A program made the translations under genes and the position numbers. From the NCBI GenBank assembly GCA_017857245.1, contig JAFMDO010000001.1:25713-89712 (forward strand): a stretch of 64,000 nucleotides of DNA. The letters are read 5' to 3'. The DNA comes from Pontimonas sp. Its GTDB lineage: Bacteria > Actinomycetota > Actinomycetes > Actinomycetales > Microbacteriaceae. Shown here piece after piece: positions 10,069 to 18,994 of this stretch (within the stretch, counting starts at the first letter, position 1; every line of letters begins with the position of its first letter). The notes beneath the pieces are model-generated. The model worked only from the letters and a program-made list of their open reading frames with translations. It did no database searches and was not told where the DNA came from.

Positions 10069-10542
10069 ATGCCGGAACATTTTTTTGAGGTATCGGTTCA
10101 GTGGACGGGTAACGCGGGAACCGGGACAAGTGGATACAAGGATTACCGGAGGGACAACGAGCTCAGCGCGGGAGGCAAGCAGATCATCGCGGGCTCTGCG
10201 GATAAGGCTTTCCATGGCGACCGCAGCCGCTGGAACCCGGAGGAGCTGCTTATTGCTGCTCTTTCGCAGTGTCACATGTTGAGTTTTTTGCACGTGGCAT
10301 CTGCCGCGGGAGTGGTTGTCGAGTCCTATCACGATGACTCCTCTGGCACACTTGCCCTGAACGCAGAGGGGGGTGGGAACATGACCGAGGTCACCCTTCG
10401 CCCACAGGTGACAATCTCGGCCGGGGACGAAGCCCTGGTTCCCGGTCTTCACGCCAGAGCTAGTAAATTGTGCTTCATCGCAAACTCTGTGAATTTCCCA
10501 CTGCACCATGAGCCGGTAACCAAGCGAACCCCTTCACATTGA
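10069..10542 (+). CDS. OsmC-family peroxiredoxin-like protein
   Basis: FEVSVQWTGNAGTGTSGYKDY...NPEELLIAALSQCHMLSFL is the OsmC/Ohr fold signature, with the conserved Cys. Confidence 0.85.
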   Translation: MPEHFFEVSVQWTGNAGTGTSGYKDYRRDNELSAGGKQIIAGSADKAFHGDRSRWNPEELLIAALSQCHMLSFLHVASAAGVVVESYHDDSSGTLALNAEGGGNMTEVTLRPQVTISAGDEALVPGLHARASKLCFIANSVNFPLHHEPVTKRTPSH

Positions 10543-10610
10543 ACGCTGGGTCAAGACCTGGCAAGCTAGTGCGGTTGCCTGATCGGCACCGACGCCCCAG
10601 AGAGGTCCTT

Positions 10611-11603
10611 GTGAAACCGGTTAATTCGATTGCCGCTGTTGCCATTCTTGTGGGAGCCCTCGCGGGTTGTTCCGCTGATCCTGTGGGGGTTACTGAGACC
10701 ATTTCTTCCTCGCCCACTGGTTCCTGCACCCCCACTGGCGAGCAAATTGAGTCCATCAGTTTTGCGGGTGTGTTTGGTTCCGCCCCGGAGGTGACCTTTG
10801 ACGCTCCACTCGAAATTTTGTCCACCCAGCGTCTCGTGATTAGCAAGGGCGAAGGGCGGCCCGTGGTGAACGGGGACGATCTCGTTATCGACTATTCCCT
10901 CTATAACGCGGCCAGCGGAGCACTTATTGAGGAATCCGGGTATGACGAACTCAGCCCAACTGTGTTGAGCTTGGACACCGAGGCCCCTAACTTTGTGGGG
11001 GTTTCTCTCACAGCTGCTTGTTCAACCGTGGGCTCCAGGGTTGCCGGACTGATTCCTCCCCTCGAAGCTTTTGGTCTTGATGGAGCGCCAGAGTTTGGTT
11101 TGGCAGCCGGAGAATCCCTCCTTTTCGTCATGGATATCATCGAGGTAAAGGCTCCTGCCGAGCCTGCCTTGGACCAGCTTTTGGGCGTGGCAGAGGAAAC
11201 CCCGGAAGGTTTCCCCACCGTTGAATATGCCGAAACAGGCGAACCCAGCGTCACCATCCCCGAGGGCGATGTCCCTCTCGAGTTTGCTCTTGCCACCGTA
11301 CTTACTGGCGACGGAGCTGTTGTGGGCGGGGGAGATGTCGTGGTGGTTCATTACCACGGGGTGAACTGGAACACAGGAGAAGTGTTCGACTCCAGCTGGT
11401 CCAGGGGCGAGCCGTCAAGTTTCCCCACCGGAGGGGTCATTCCTGGTTTCCGGGACGGACTCGTTGACCAAACCGTAGGGTCGAGGGTCATCATCGTCAT
11501 TCCCCCGGAGCTCGGCTACGGACCCTCCGGTGGAACCGGCGACGGCTCTATCGGTGCAGAAGACACGATTGTCTTTGTCGTCGACATCCTGGGTGTTCAG
11601 TAG
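10611..11603 (+). CDS. FKBP-type peptidyl-prolyl cis-trans isomerase lipoprotein (two FKBP-like domains)
   Basis: The GTG at 10611 gives VKPVNSIAAVAILVGALAGCS, a lipobox. The C-terminal VVVHYHGVNWNTGEVFDSSW...GVIPGFRDGL...PPELGYG is the FKBP signature. The ATG at 10539 is also possible. Confidence 0.8.
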   Translation: MKPVNSIAAVAILVGALAGCSADPVGVTETISSSPTGSCTPTGEQIESISFAGVFGSAPEVTFDAPLEILSTQRLVISKGEGRPVVNGDDLVIDYSLYNAASGALIEESGYDELSPTVLSLDTEAPNFVGVSLTAACSTVGSRVAGLIPPLEAFGLDGAPEFGLAAGESLLFVMDIIEVKAPAEPALDQLLGVAEETPEGFPTVEYAETGEPSVTIPEGDVPLEFALATVLTGDGAVVGGGDVVVVHYHGVNWNTGEVFDSSWSRGEPSSFPTGGVIPGFRDGLVDQTVGSRVIIVIPPELGYGPSGGTGDGSIGAEDTIVFVVDILGVQ

Positions 11604-11606
11604 CCT

Positions 11607-12551
11607 TTAGGCGACATTTTTACTCAGCCGCTCGATGCGCTCCATGGCGCGCTTGCGGCTGGTGGATTCGCCTCCCAGCACCACTGCGACCAGCCAAAGC
11701 AACACCCGGGTCACCGTGATTGCAGGCCACCAGGGCCGGCGAAGGCCCAGCGTTGCTCGGGTTCGCGGGTCGAAGGTGGAGAGGGCCCCAGCGACGAGTA
11801 TTTGGTAGGGGAGCCTCGTACCCAAGGGCAGGGGAGGCTTCGTGAGGAACCGAAGTGCCTCTTTGACTCGTTCGTCGTGGCGCAGTAGCGGCTGAAAATC
11901 TTCGAGTGCTTGCTCAAGCTCTTTTACAGATTTTGGGGGGTGTGCCATGCCCATCAGAATCCCTGCTTGGGCCCATTCCCTCACATATCTATCTTCGCCT
12001 GACTCGCCATCGCTCCCCCCAGGGATTTCGTCTCCCCACGTTCGATGCGCGCGTAAAAAGGCGTCGGTGAAAATAACGTGCACCCATCCCACAAGGTCAT
12101 CGTCATGGGCGGAATATGCTTTCGCCTTTTCGGCAACCGCTCCGGGTTGGTAGTCGCCTTTCACGCGATCGTGGAGCTTCAAAACCCGTGAGCTTTCGGC
12201 CTTTACCGTCGCTGTGGCTCCAAATGTGGTGGTCACCACCCAGCGCACGGTGCCCGAGAGTCTGCCCAGTGGGTCACTGGCATAGCGCGAGTGATCATGA
12301 ACTCCAGCCATCGCGCCCGGGTGAAGAGTTTGCATGAGAAGTGCCCCCACCCCCGCAGCGATGACGGGAATCCCGCCGTTGACGAGCCACACTGCTGAAC
12401 CTGGCCCGAAGAACCCGGCGTCCTCGCCGGTGCTCATCTGTTTTACCCAGTCTGGCTCCCCGTCGGGATCCCCCGAAAGCATTGTGAGCATGGTCGAGCG
12501 GTAACGCTGTCTGATACCGCGCAGAGACCCAAAATCAGACATATCCACCAC
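11607..12551 (-). CDS. MpaB/DUF2236-family oxygenase
   Basis: FFGPGSAVWLVNG...LLMQTLHPGAMAGVHDHSRY...DPLGRL resembles the DUF2236 (ER-bound oxygenase MpaB-like) core. Confidence 0.7.
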   Translation of the reverse strand: MVDMSDFGSLRGIRQRYRSTMLTMLSGDPDGEPDWVKQMSTGEDAGFFGPGSAVWLVNGGIPVIAAGVGALLMQTLHPGAMAGVHDHSRYASDPLGRLSGTVRWVVTTTFGATATVKAESSRVLKLHDRVKGDYQPGAVAEKAKAYSAHDDDLVGWVHVIFTDAFLRAHRTWGDEIPGGSDGESGEDRYVREWAQAGILMGMAHPPKSVKELEQALEDFQPLLRHDERVKEALRFLTKPPLPLGTRLPYQILVAGALSTFDPRTRATLGLRRPWWPAITVTRVLLWLVAVVLGGESTSRKRAMERIERLSKNVA

Positions 12552-12581
12552 CGTGGCAGAGCCGTGCTGAAAGACCGGCTA

Positions 12582-12597
12582 ATACCCTAGGGGGTAT
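12582..12597. promoter_or_regulatory. CsoR/CstR-type operator-like inverted repeat overlapping -10-like hexamers
   Basis: ATACCCTAGGGGGTAT has ATACCC/GGGTAT arms around a G/C tract. It sits in the 57-bp divergent intergenic region. TATAAG (12595-12600) and TATAAT (12602-12607) lie just before the ATG at 12609. Confidence 0.5.
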
Positions 12598-12608
12598 AAG
12601 ATATAATT

Positions 12609-14270
12609 ATGTCACTTCGCGCCACAGAGCCACAGACCATTGTCATTATCGGCGGCGTCGCGGGCGGAATGTCCACCGCGACCCGTCTGCGTCGGATCAA
12701 CGAAACAGCCACGATCATTGTGCTGGAACGAGGGGGCGAAGTCTCGTTTGCCAACTGCGGATTGCCCTACCACGTTGGCGGAGTGATTCCTGATCGGGGG
12801 TCCTTGGTTCTCCAGAAACCCGACCAACTCAAGCGACGATTCAACATTGACGTTCATGTGCGCACCGAGGCAACCGCAATCAACCGTGCCGATAAGACCG
12901 TGAGCGCCCTCGATCTCATTACCGGCGAAGACCGCGATTTCCCTTACGATGCCCTCGTTTTGAGCCCGGGTTCGACCCCGTTTAGGCCCCCTATTCCGGG
13001 AGTGACGGAGGCGCACGTCCTCTGGAACTTGGACGATATGGATGCGCTGATTGCCTCGGCGGAAAAAGCCCGCAGCGCCATTGTGGTGGGCGGGGGTTTC
13101 ATTGGACTTGAACTCGCGGAGAACCTGGTGCATCGCGGTCTTCAGACCACCCTTCTTGAAGCATTGCCCCAGCTCATGCCCACGCTCGACGTGGAAATGG
13201 CGTGGCCCCTGGTGGAGCGCGCTCGATTCTCAGGCTTGGACGTCAGGCTCAGCGCTGTCGTGACAGAGATTCGTTCCACGGGCGTCACGCTGGGGGATGG
13301 GACCACCCTGGGGGCAGACTGTGTTGTCGTCGCCGTGGGAGCCCGGCCTAACACAGAACTTGCGGTGGCGGCGGGACTAAAAATGGGGGAAGCCGGAGGA
13401 GTCTGGGTTGATGAGCAGCAGCGCACGTCAGATCCCCACATCTGGGCGGTGGGGGACGTGGCAGAAAAAGCCCGTCCCGATGGCCACAGCCTGGTGCCCC
13501 TAGCAGGGCTGGCAAACCGCCATGGACGACTTGCGGCAGATTCCATCATGGGTCGACACGCTGAGGCCGCAACGGCCTATGGGACATCGATCGTGGGGTT
13601 TTTTGGTGTTGCCGCCGCTTCGACGGGCTACACCGAGCGAGTGCTGCGCGCTAAGGGCCGCAACATCAGGGTGATCCATACCCATCCGGTCAGCCACGCC
13701 GGCTACTATCCCGATGCGAGCCAGCTCGCGATGAAGCTCATCGTTGACCCGGTGACCGATCACATTCTTGGTGCTCAGGTAGTGGGGGAAGAGGGGGTGG
13801 ATAAGCGAATCGACGTCATTGCTACCGCGATGTCGGCTGGGCTCAGAGCGACCGACTTGATGGATCTAGAGCTTTCCTATGCCCCACAGTTTGCCTCGGC
13901 AAAAGATCCGGTCAACATGCTGGGCTATGTGAACGAAAACCGTGCGCTGGGAGAACACTCCTTCCAGTGGCACGAAGTGCAGGACACAATCGATGACGGC
14001 TGGGTGTTGTTGGATGTTCGCACCGCAGCAGAATATTCCCGGGGAGCGATTCCCGGGTCCGAATTGGTCCCGCTGGACGAACTGCGCGAGCACGTTGAGC
14101 GTTTCCGTGGGCAGCGTGTCATCGTGACATGCCGTGTTGGCCAGCGTGGACACACGGCAGCAAGCATTCTTTCTCAGGAAGACATTGAGGTCGCCAACCT
14201 AGATGGTGGCTACCTGACCTGGAATATGGGAATGGCCGCAACCGCATCCCCCACCCCTGTCACCACCTAA
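12609..14270 (+). CDS. CoA-disulfide reductase-type pyridine nucleotide-disulfide oxidoreductase with a C-terminal rhodanese domain
   Basis: IVIIGGVAGGMS is the FAD-binding motif. The redox Cys lies in SFANCGLPYHVGG. The C-terminal rhodanese has the active-site loop CRVGQRG. Confidence 0.85.
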   Translation: MSLRATEPQTIVIIGGVAGGMSTATRLRRINETATIIVLERGGEVSFANCGLPYHVGGVIPDRGSLVLQKPDQLKRRFNIDVHVRTEATAINRADKTVSALDLITGEDRDFPYDALVLSPGSTPFRPPIPGVTEAHVLWNLDDMDALIASAEKARSAIVVGGGFIGLELAENLVHRGLQTTLLEALPQLMPTLDVEMAWPLVERARFSGLDVRLSAVVTEIRSTGVTLGDGTTLGADCVVVAVGARPNTELAVAAGLKMGEAGGVWVDEQQRTSDPHIWAVGDVAEKARPDGHSLVPLAGLANRHGRLAADSIMGRHAEAATAYGTSIVGFFGVAAASTGYTERVLRAKGRNIRVIHTHPVSHAGYYPDASQLAMKLIVDPVTDHILGAQVVGEEGVDKRIDVIATAMSAGLRATDLMDLELSYAPQFASAKDPVNMLGYVNENRALGEHSFQWHEVQDTIDDGWVLLDVRTAAEYSRGAIPGSELVPLDELREHVERFRGQRVIVTCRVGQRGHTAASILSQEDIEVANLDGGYLTWNMGMAATASPTPVTT

Positions 14271-14286
14271 CCCGAAGGGCACCACC

Positions 14287-14562
14287 ATGTCAGAAGACAA
14301 CACCCAGGAATCCAAACTGATTCTCAACCGACTGCGCCGCGCTCAAGGCCAACTAGGCGCTGTCATCTCGATGGTTGAGCAGGGCAAAGATTGCCGCTCC
14401 GTCGTAACCCAGCTGAGCGCAGTCTGTAGTGCGCTTGATAAGGCAGGGTTCTCCATCATTGCTACTGCCATGAAGGAATGTGTGAGCGATGATGGCTCGG
14501 CCACGAACGAGGGAGACCTCAGCGTGGAAGACTTGGAGAAGCTCTTTCTTAGCCTGTCCTAA
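14287..14562 (+). CDS. CsoR/RcnR-family (DUF156) transcriptional repressor, CstR-like fingerprint
   Basis: LNRLRRAQGQLGAVISMVEQGKDCRSVVTQL is typical of the family. Cys36 and Cys65 are present, but Ala61 replaces the CsoR Cu(I)-ligand His. Confidence 0.85.
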   Translation: MSEDNTQESKLILNRLRRAQGQLGAVISMVEQGKDCRSVVTQLSAVCSALDKAGFSIIATAMKECVSDDGSATNEGDLSVEDLEKLFLSLS

Positions 14563-14593
14563 TTTCGCAGGCCTCGGCTTGTAGGGTTGAACT

Positions 14594-15331
14594 ATGACGA
14601 CTCAAGTGGCAGTGGTGGGTGCCACCGGCCGCTTGGGGGCGCAGGTGTGTCGCGTGGTTGAATCCATGGAGGACTGGGCTGTTATTGCCCGGCTGGACTC
14701 CCAGAGTGACCTGCAAGAAGTGTTGGGGGCGGACGTCGTGGTGGATGTGACTCAACCCGGTGTCTCCGCCACCGTGGTTGACTTTGCTATCGAGCAGGGC
14801 TTGCCCATTTTGGTGGGAACCAGTGGCTGGTCTGCCGAGCGCCTCAAAGGTCTTGAGAAAAAAGTTACGGATCACCCTGGCGCGAGCGTGTTTGTGGTTC
14901 CCAATTTCTCCCTTGGGGCGACGGTTCAAAACCTTCTTGCCGCTACCGCGGCAGAATTTTTCGAGTCGGTGGAAATTGTGGAAACCCACCACGCGGGGAA
15001 AGTTGACTCCCCTTCCGGGACCGCCGTTCGTGCAGCGGAAACGATGGCCCGTGTTCGCCAGGACCGCGGTGGCGTACTCGCCCCGCATAGCGAACAAAGT
15101 GCTCGCGGGGAACAGGTCCAAGGAATTCCGGTTCACTCCCTGCGACTTCACGGGGTTGTTGCCTCTCAAGACATTGTGTTTGGGGGTGTGGGCGAGACGC
15201 TGACGGTGGCCCACCACACTTCTTCGCAGGACGCCTATGCACAAGGGATTGCTGTGTCTTTGCGATACCTCCTGACCCACCCGGGCCTCACCGTGGGTCT
15301 CGAACGTGCTCTTGGCGTGAGCGTGCCGTGA
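14594..15331 (+). CDS. dapB: 4-hydroxy-tetrahydrodipicolinate reductase
   Basis: Contains the VAVVGATGRLG NAD motif, GTSGW, and ETHHAGKVDSPSGTA, the DapB signature. Confidence 0.9.
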   Translation: MTTQVAVVGATGRLGAQVCRVVESMEDWAVIARLDSQSDLQEVLGADVVVDVTQPGVSATVVDFAIEQGLPILVGTSGWSAERLKGLEKKVTDHPGASVFVVPNFSLGATVQNLLAATAAEFFESVEIVETHHAGKVDSPSGTAVRAAETMARVRQDRGGVLAPHSEQSARGEQVQGIPVHSLRLHGVVASQDIVFGGVGETLTVAHHTSSQDAYAQGIAVSLRYLLTHPGLTVGLERALGVSVP

Positions 15332-15771
15332 ATCGACCCCTGCTAGCGGCGGGATTCATGTCGCTGTTGCTGGTTATTTATCTTGCTTTCGCCCTCAACT
15401 ACGCCTGGATTTTAATCAATGACTCCTCAGTCTTAGCGAAAGCAATGGGTTATGCCCTTGGGCTTCTGCCGCTGCTGGGGGTCTGGGCACTGTTTTCTGA
15501 GCTTCGGTTTGGCCAGGCCTCTTCTCGTCTGGCGCGGACGCTCGAGACCAGAGGAAAAATGCCAACCGAGTTTTCTCTCACTCCGAGCGGTCGAGCCGAT
15601 CGAACCACTGCAGAAGAGCTGTTCCCCGCGTTTGCGCGAGCCGTGGAGGACGAGCCTGAGTCGTGGGAGATGTGGATGCGTCTGGGCATCGCCTATGACG
15701 CGTGCGGTGACCGGCGCCGAGCTCGTTGGGCTATCCGGCGCGCTATTGCCATTGAAAAGTCGGGAGCCTAG
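15328..15771 (+). CDS. Hypothetical membrane protein (2 TM plus a TPR-like C-terminal region)
   Basis: Two hydrophobic helices, then WEMWMRLGIAYDACGDRRRARWAIRRAI. It overlaps the dapB stop by 4 nt. Confidence 0.5.
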   Translation: MNRPLLAAGFMSLLLVIYLAFALNYAWILINDSSVLAKAMGYALGLLPLLGVWALFSELRFGQASSRLARTLETRGKMPTEFSLTPSGRADRTTAEELFPAFARAVEDEPESWEMWMRLGIAYDACGDRRRARWAIRRAIAIEKSGA

Positions 15772-16676
15772 GATTCCACCAGGCGCTCGATTGCTTCTTC
15801 GATGGTCCCGTCATCGAAGCTAAAGCCAAGATTCTGAAGCTCGGTGGAATGAATTTTTTGGGAGGTCAGCAGGAGCGATTCGCCGCCTTCTCCCATTAAC
15901 CAGGAAATGAAGACCCGGGGTAGTCCCAGCCAGTGCGGACGGCGCATCGCTCTAGCGAGCGTCCTGGTGAGGGTGTTCGCACGAGCGGGTGTGGGTCCTA
16001 CCAGGTTGTATATCCCGGAGGCCGATGCATGGCTAACCAGGAAGGCCAGGGCTCGTATTTCATCATGCAGGCTGATCCAGGGCCACCATTGTGTTCCCGG
16101 CCCAATCGGACCGGCAACACCGAGCGATGTTTGTAGCATCAAGGGCGCCATGGCGCCGCCTTTCCCTACAACCAGTCCGGTTCTACCGAGGATGACTCTC
16201 GTCTTGGGTGTTGAAGCTAGAGAGGTTTCGTCCTCCCAAGCGATGACGACATCCGCGAGAAAACCTGTTCCAGCGGTGCTCCTCTCGTCCAGTTCTTCTG
16301 TGCCTCTCTCGCCGTAAAACCCCACAGCGCTGCCCTGAACGAAAGCTCGCGGCGGTGTCCGCGAGGCAGCGATTGCTCCTGCCAGGGTGCGCGTGGTTTC
16401 TCGTCGTGAGGACAGAATCAGGGCTTTGTGTTTCTTGGTCCAGGGGATTTTTCCAATCGATGCGCCAGCAAGATTGACCACAACATCGACCGTGTTGATT
16501 ATTCCAGAGTCAATAGTCCCCCTATGTGGGTCCCACTGATGTTCTGTCGGGGAGCGCGGCTCACGTCTGACCAGAGTGTGAAGGTGGTGACCTTGCTGCG
16601 CCAGCAGAGCCTTGAGGGGCTCTCCGATCATTCCGCTTGCGCCTGCAAGCAAGATGGTGAGGGACTCGTGGGGCAC
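15768..16676 (-). CDS. TIGR01777-family SDR/epimerase (YfcH-like, with a DUF1731 C-terminus)
   Basis: ILLAGASGMIG is the Rossmann motif. Also contains VVVNLAGASIGKIPWTKKHK and a C-terminal SQKIHSTELQNLGFSF. Confidence 0.8.
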   Translation of the reverse strand: MPHESLTILLAGASGMIGEPLKALLAQQGHHLHTLVRREPRSPTEHQWDPHRGTIDSGIINTVDVVVNLAGASIGKIPWTKKHKALILSSRRETTRTLAGAIAASRTPPRAFVQGSAVGFYGERGTEELDERSTAGTGFLADVVIAWEDETSLASTPKTRVILGRTGLVVGKGGAMAPLMLQTSLGVAGPIGPGTQWWPWISLHDEIRALAFLVSHASASGIYNLVGPTPARANTLTRTLARAMRRPHWLGLPRVFISWLMGEGGESLLLTSQKIHSTELQNLGFSFDDGTIEEAIERLVES

Positions 16677-16680
16677 GGGA

Positions 16681-17142
16681 TTAGCGCAGGGTGGCTTCGA
16701 GGGTTATGGGGATTCCCGAAAGCGCTTGTGAGATGGGGCAACCGGTCTTTGCTTCTTCCGCAAACACAGCAAAGGCTGCTTCATCAAGCCCCGGAACACT
16801 CGCGATCACCAGCAAATGGGATCCCGTCACCCCTTCGCCGGGAACAAAAGTCACGGCGGCCGTGACCTCTAGGGATTCCGGAGGGGTTCCTGCTCCTGAG
16901 AGAGCGTGAGAAAGGGCCATCGAGTAGCACGCGGAGTGCGCCGCACCTAAGAGTTCTTCGGGGTTAGTTTTTCCCGACTGGCCTTCGCTCCTGGCTGCCC
17001 AGGTGACGTCGAAGGAAGTCGCGCCTGAGGAGATCAAAGCGGTACTACCGCTGCCCTCCACAAGGGACCCGTGCCAGGTGGTTCGTGATTCGCTGGTTAC
17101 CGCCATGAGGTGCTCCTTTGTCCAATGCTCTAATCGAACCAC
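16681..17142 (-). CDS. osmC: OsmC-family peroxiredoxin
   Basis: TTWHGSLVEGSGS...TNPEELLGAAHSACYSMAL...GCPIS gives the two conserved OsmC cysteines. Confidence 0.85.
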   Translation of the reverse strand: MVRLEHWTKEHLMAVTSESRTTWHGSLVEGSGSTALISSGATSFDVTWAARSEGQSGKTNPEELLGAAHSACYSMALSHALSGAGTPPESLEVTAAVTFVPGEGVTGSHLLVIASVPGLDEAAFAVFAEEAKTGCPISQALSGIPITLEATLR

Positions 17143-17183
17143 GTTCTGGCTGTCAATGCGAGAGTTTCACACGCCATTCACCC

Positions 17184-17681
17184 TCACGCCGAAGCGCCCT
17201 TGACCCACCGGGCACGCACCAGCAGCGCATAAAGCTCACATCCCAGACACAGCCCAAAGACCGAATTGAGGAAAGCCGCGATGAAAGCAGCGGAAGCAGA
17301 CACCACCAACCCATAGGGAACTCCCGCGAGGTGAAGGATGACCCCCGCCAGGCTGACCAGAAACCCTACGAGCTGAGCGAAGGTGGGGGGCTCGGGTGGT
17401 TCGAGAAAGCTTGGCGCAGCAAGCCTGGGTTTAACCCAGGTGGCGAAAAGAATTCCGTAGGGGTGAGCTTTTATTCCTGCAAACGCTCCCCAGGCGAACA
17501 GGGCGGTCAGGAGTGCTAGAAGGATGAACGCGGGTTCCCCGGCGCGATCAACAATGCCGCCCTGAGCCAGGGGTGTTTGAAGCCCTAAGCCAATGGTGAC
17601 GAGCATCAGAGTCGCGGTAATTCCAGCGCCGAAGCGCGGACCTCGCGGGTCGATGCCGCCAGAGTTAGATGAGGTAGCCAT
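17184..17681 (-). CDS. DUF4395-family membrane protein
   Basis: The N-terminal IDPRGPRFGAGITA followed by about four hydrophobic helices is the pattern I recall for DUF4395. No function is known. Confidence 0.65.
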   Translation of the reverse strand: MATSSNSGGIDPRGPRFGAGITATLMLVTIGLGLQTPLAQGGIVDRAGEPAFILLALLTALFAWGAFAGIKAHPYGILFATWVKPRLAAPSFLEPPEPPTFAQLVGFLVSLAGVILHLAGVPYGLVVSASAAFIAAFLNSVFGLCLGCELYALLVRARWVKGASA

Positions 17682-18120
17682 CAGAGTGAGCCTTTCGGTA
17701 TTCCAGGGCGTGTGTGACTTCTTCTGTCACCGCAGCCAGGGTTGATGCCCCACGGATTCGGGAATGCAGGTGACCTGTGGGCGTCACCAGCAAGGTGGTA
17801 GGGGTTTGGCTAATCCGGAGTTTCTTGGTGAGTTCCGGGTAGTCGGTGATATCGATTTCGTGATGCGAAACTCCGGGTGTGGCCTGCGAGATTTGGCCAA
17901 GAATTTTTCTCATTGCTGCGCAGTAGGAGCAATAGGGGCCAGAAAATTGAAGGAGGGTGAGGGTTGCCGTGGTGTCGATCAACTCGAGAGGAACATCAGC
18001 GGGGAGGGCCGTGCTCGGATGGCGGGTCACACGCCCCTGATTGCCTTTCCACCATAGGCCCGCGAGGGTCGCCAGAAACACCAAAGTGAGCAGGGTCAAA
18101 AAAATGGCAGAAAGATTCAT
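17665..18120 (-). CDS. Membrane-anchored thioredoxin-family protein
   Basis: An N-terminal TM helix, then LLQFSGPYCSYCAAM (CxxC) and a downstream ISQTPTTLL cis-Pro region. Confidence 0.75.
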   Translation of the reverse strand: MNLSAIFLTLLTLVFLATLAGLWWKGNQGRVTRHPSTALPADVPLELIDTTATLTLLQFSGPYCSYCAAMRKILGQISQATPGVSHHEIDITDYPELTKKLRISQTPTTLLVTPTGHLHSRIRGASTLAAVTEEVTHALEYRKAHSDGYLI

Positions 18121-18224
18121 GGATTTTTCACACTAGGGCCTTTGCCCTGGACCACGCCAGGAAATGACGAAGCGTTACGTGGGGCCAGCGATAAGCTTTC
18201 GTTGCTGAGCGAGGGGATTACAGG

Positions 18225-18956
18225 GTGGGTACCGAAGAGATTGAGTTTCGTTCCGACGTCACCGTCGAATTGGTTCGTCACAGCGCGAGCGATGCTGACG
18301 TGCTCTTTGCCGCTCGAGTCAGCACGCAGGGCGAGCAAACCCTTACTGCTGCGTCATCAGGGCAAGCAGCTGGCGAGCGCGATCGCGGACTGATCAACTA
18401 TCTGATGCGCGATCGGCACGGGTCGCCGTTTGAGCACAATTCCCTGACCTACTACGTCCAGGCCCCCATTTTCGTTTTCCGCGAATTCATGCGCCACCGC
18501 ATCGCCTCCTACAACGAAGAAAGCGGACGTTACCGTGAACTGCGCCCCGTCTTCTATGTTCCCGGCCCCGAGCGCAAGTTGATTCAGGTTGGCAAACCTG
18601 GCGCCTACGACTTTGAAGACGGAACGCCTGAGCAGACGGCACTCGTTCAATCGGAAATCAAAGAGGTTTGTCGGAGCGCGTATGAGAGCTATCAGCGGAT
18701 GCTTCAGGCAGGGGTGGCGCGAGAGGTAGCCCGTGCGGTGCTGCCCGTCACGCTGTACTCCAGCATGTACGTCACGATGAATTCACGCAGTTTGATGAAC
18801 TTCTTGAGCTTGCGCACCAAGCGAGAGGGAACCCACTTTCCCTCGTTCCCACAGCGTGAAATTGAGATGGTTGCGGACAAAATGGAGGAACTGTGGGCAC
18901 CGTTGATGCCGTTGACCTCGGACACGTTCAGCGCCAACGGTCGGGTTGCGCCCTAA
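18225..18956 (+). CDS. thyX: FAD-dependent thymidylate synthase
   Basis: Contains the ThyX motif RHRIASYNEESGRY (RHRxxSxxxxSxRY). GTG start. Length is 243 aa. Confidence 0.9.
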   Translation: MGTEEIEFRSDVTVELVRHSASDADVLFAARVSTQGEQTLTAASSGQAAGERDRGLINYLMRDRHGSPFEHNSLTYYVQAPIFVFREFMRHRIASYNEESGRYRELRPVFYVPGPERKLIQVGKPGAYDFEDGTPEQTALVQSEIKEVCRSAYESYQRMLQAGVAREVARAVLPVTLYSSMYVTMNSRSLMNFLSLRTKREGTHFPSFPQREIEMVADKMEELWAPLMPLTSDTFSANGRVAP

Positions 18957-18994
18957 AGGGTGCACCACAGAGCCAGTAACGCTAGCCTTGAACA

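Noticed and set aside
10006-10509. N-terminal extensions of ORF-track calls: gabT to 10509, EamA to 23331, pepN to 31341, tig from 34761, and the proA, proB, obg and msrA upstream Mets.
   Set aside because: The extensions overlap divergent genes or a tRNA and lack family similarity. Internal starts give canonical N-termini, often with a visible Shine-Dalgarno.
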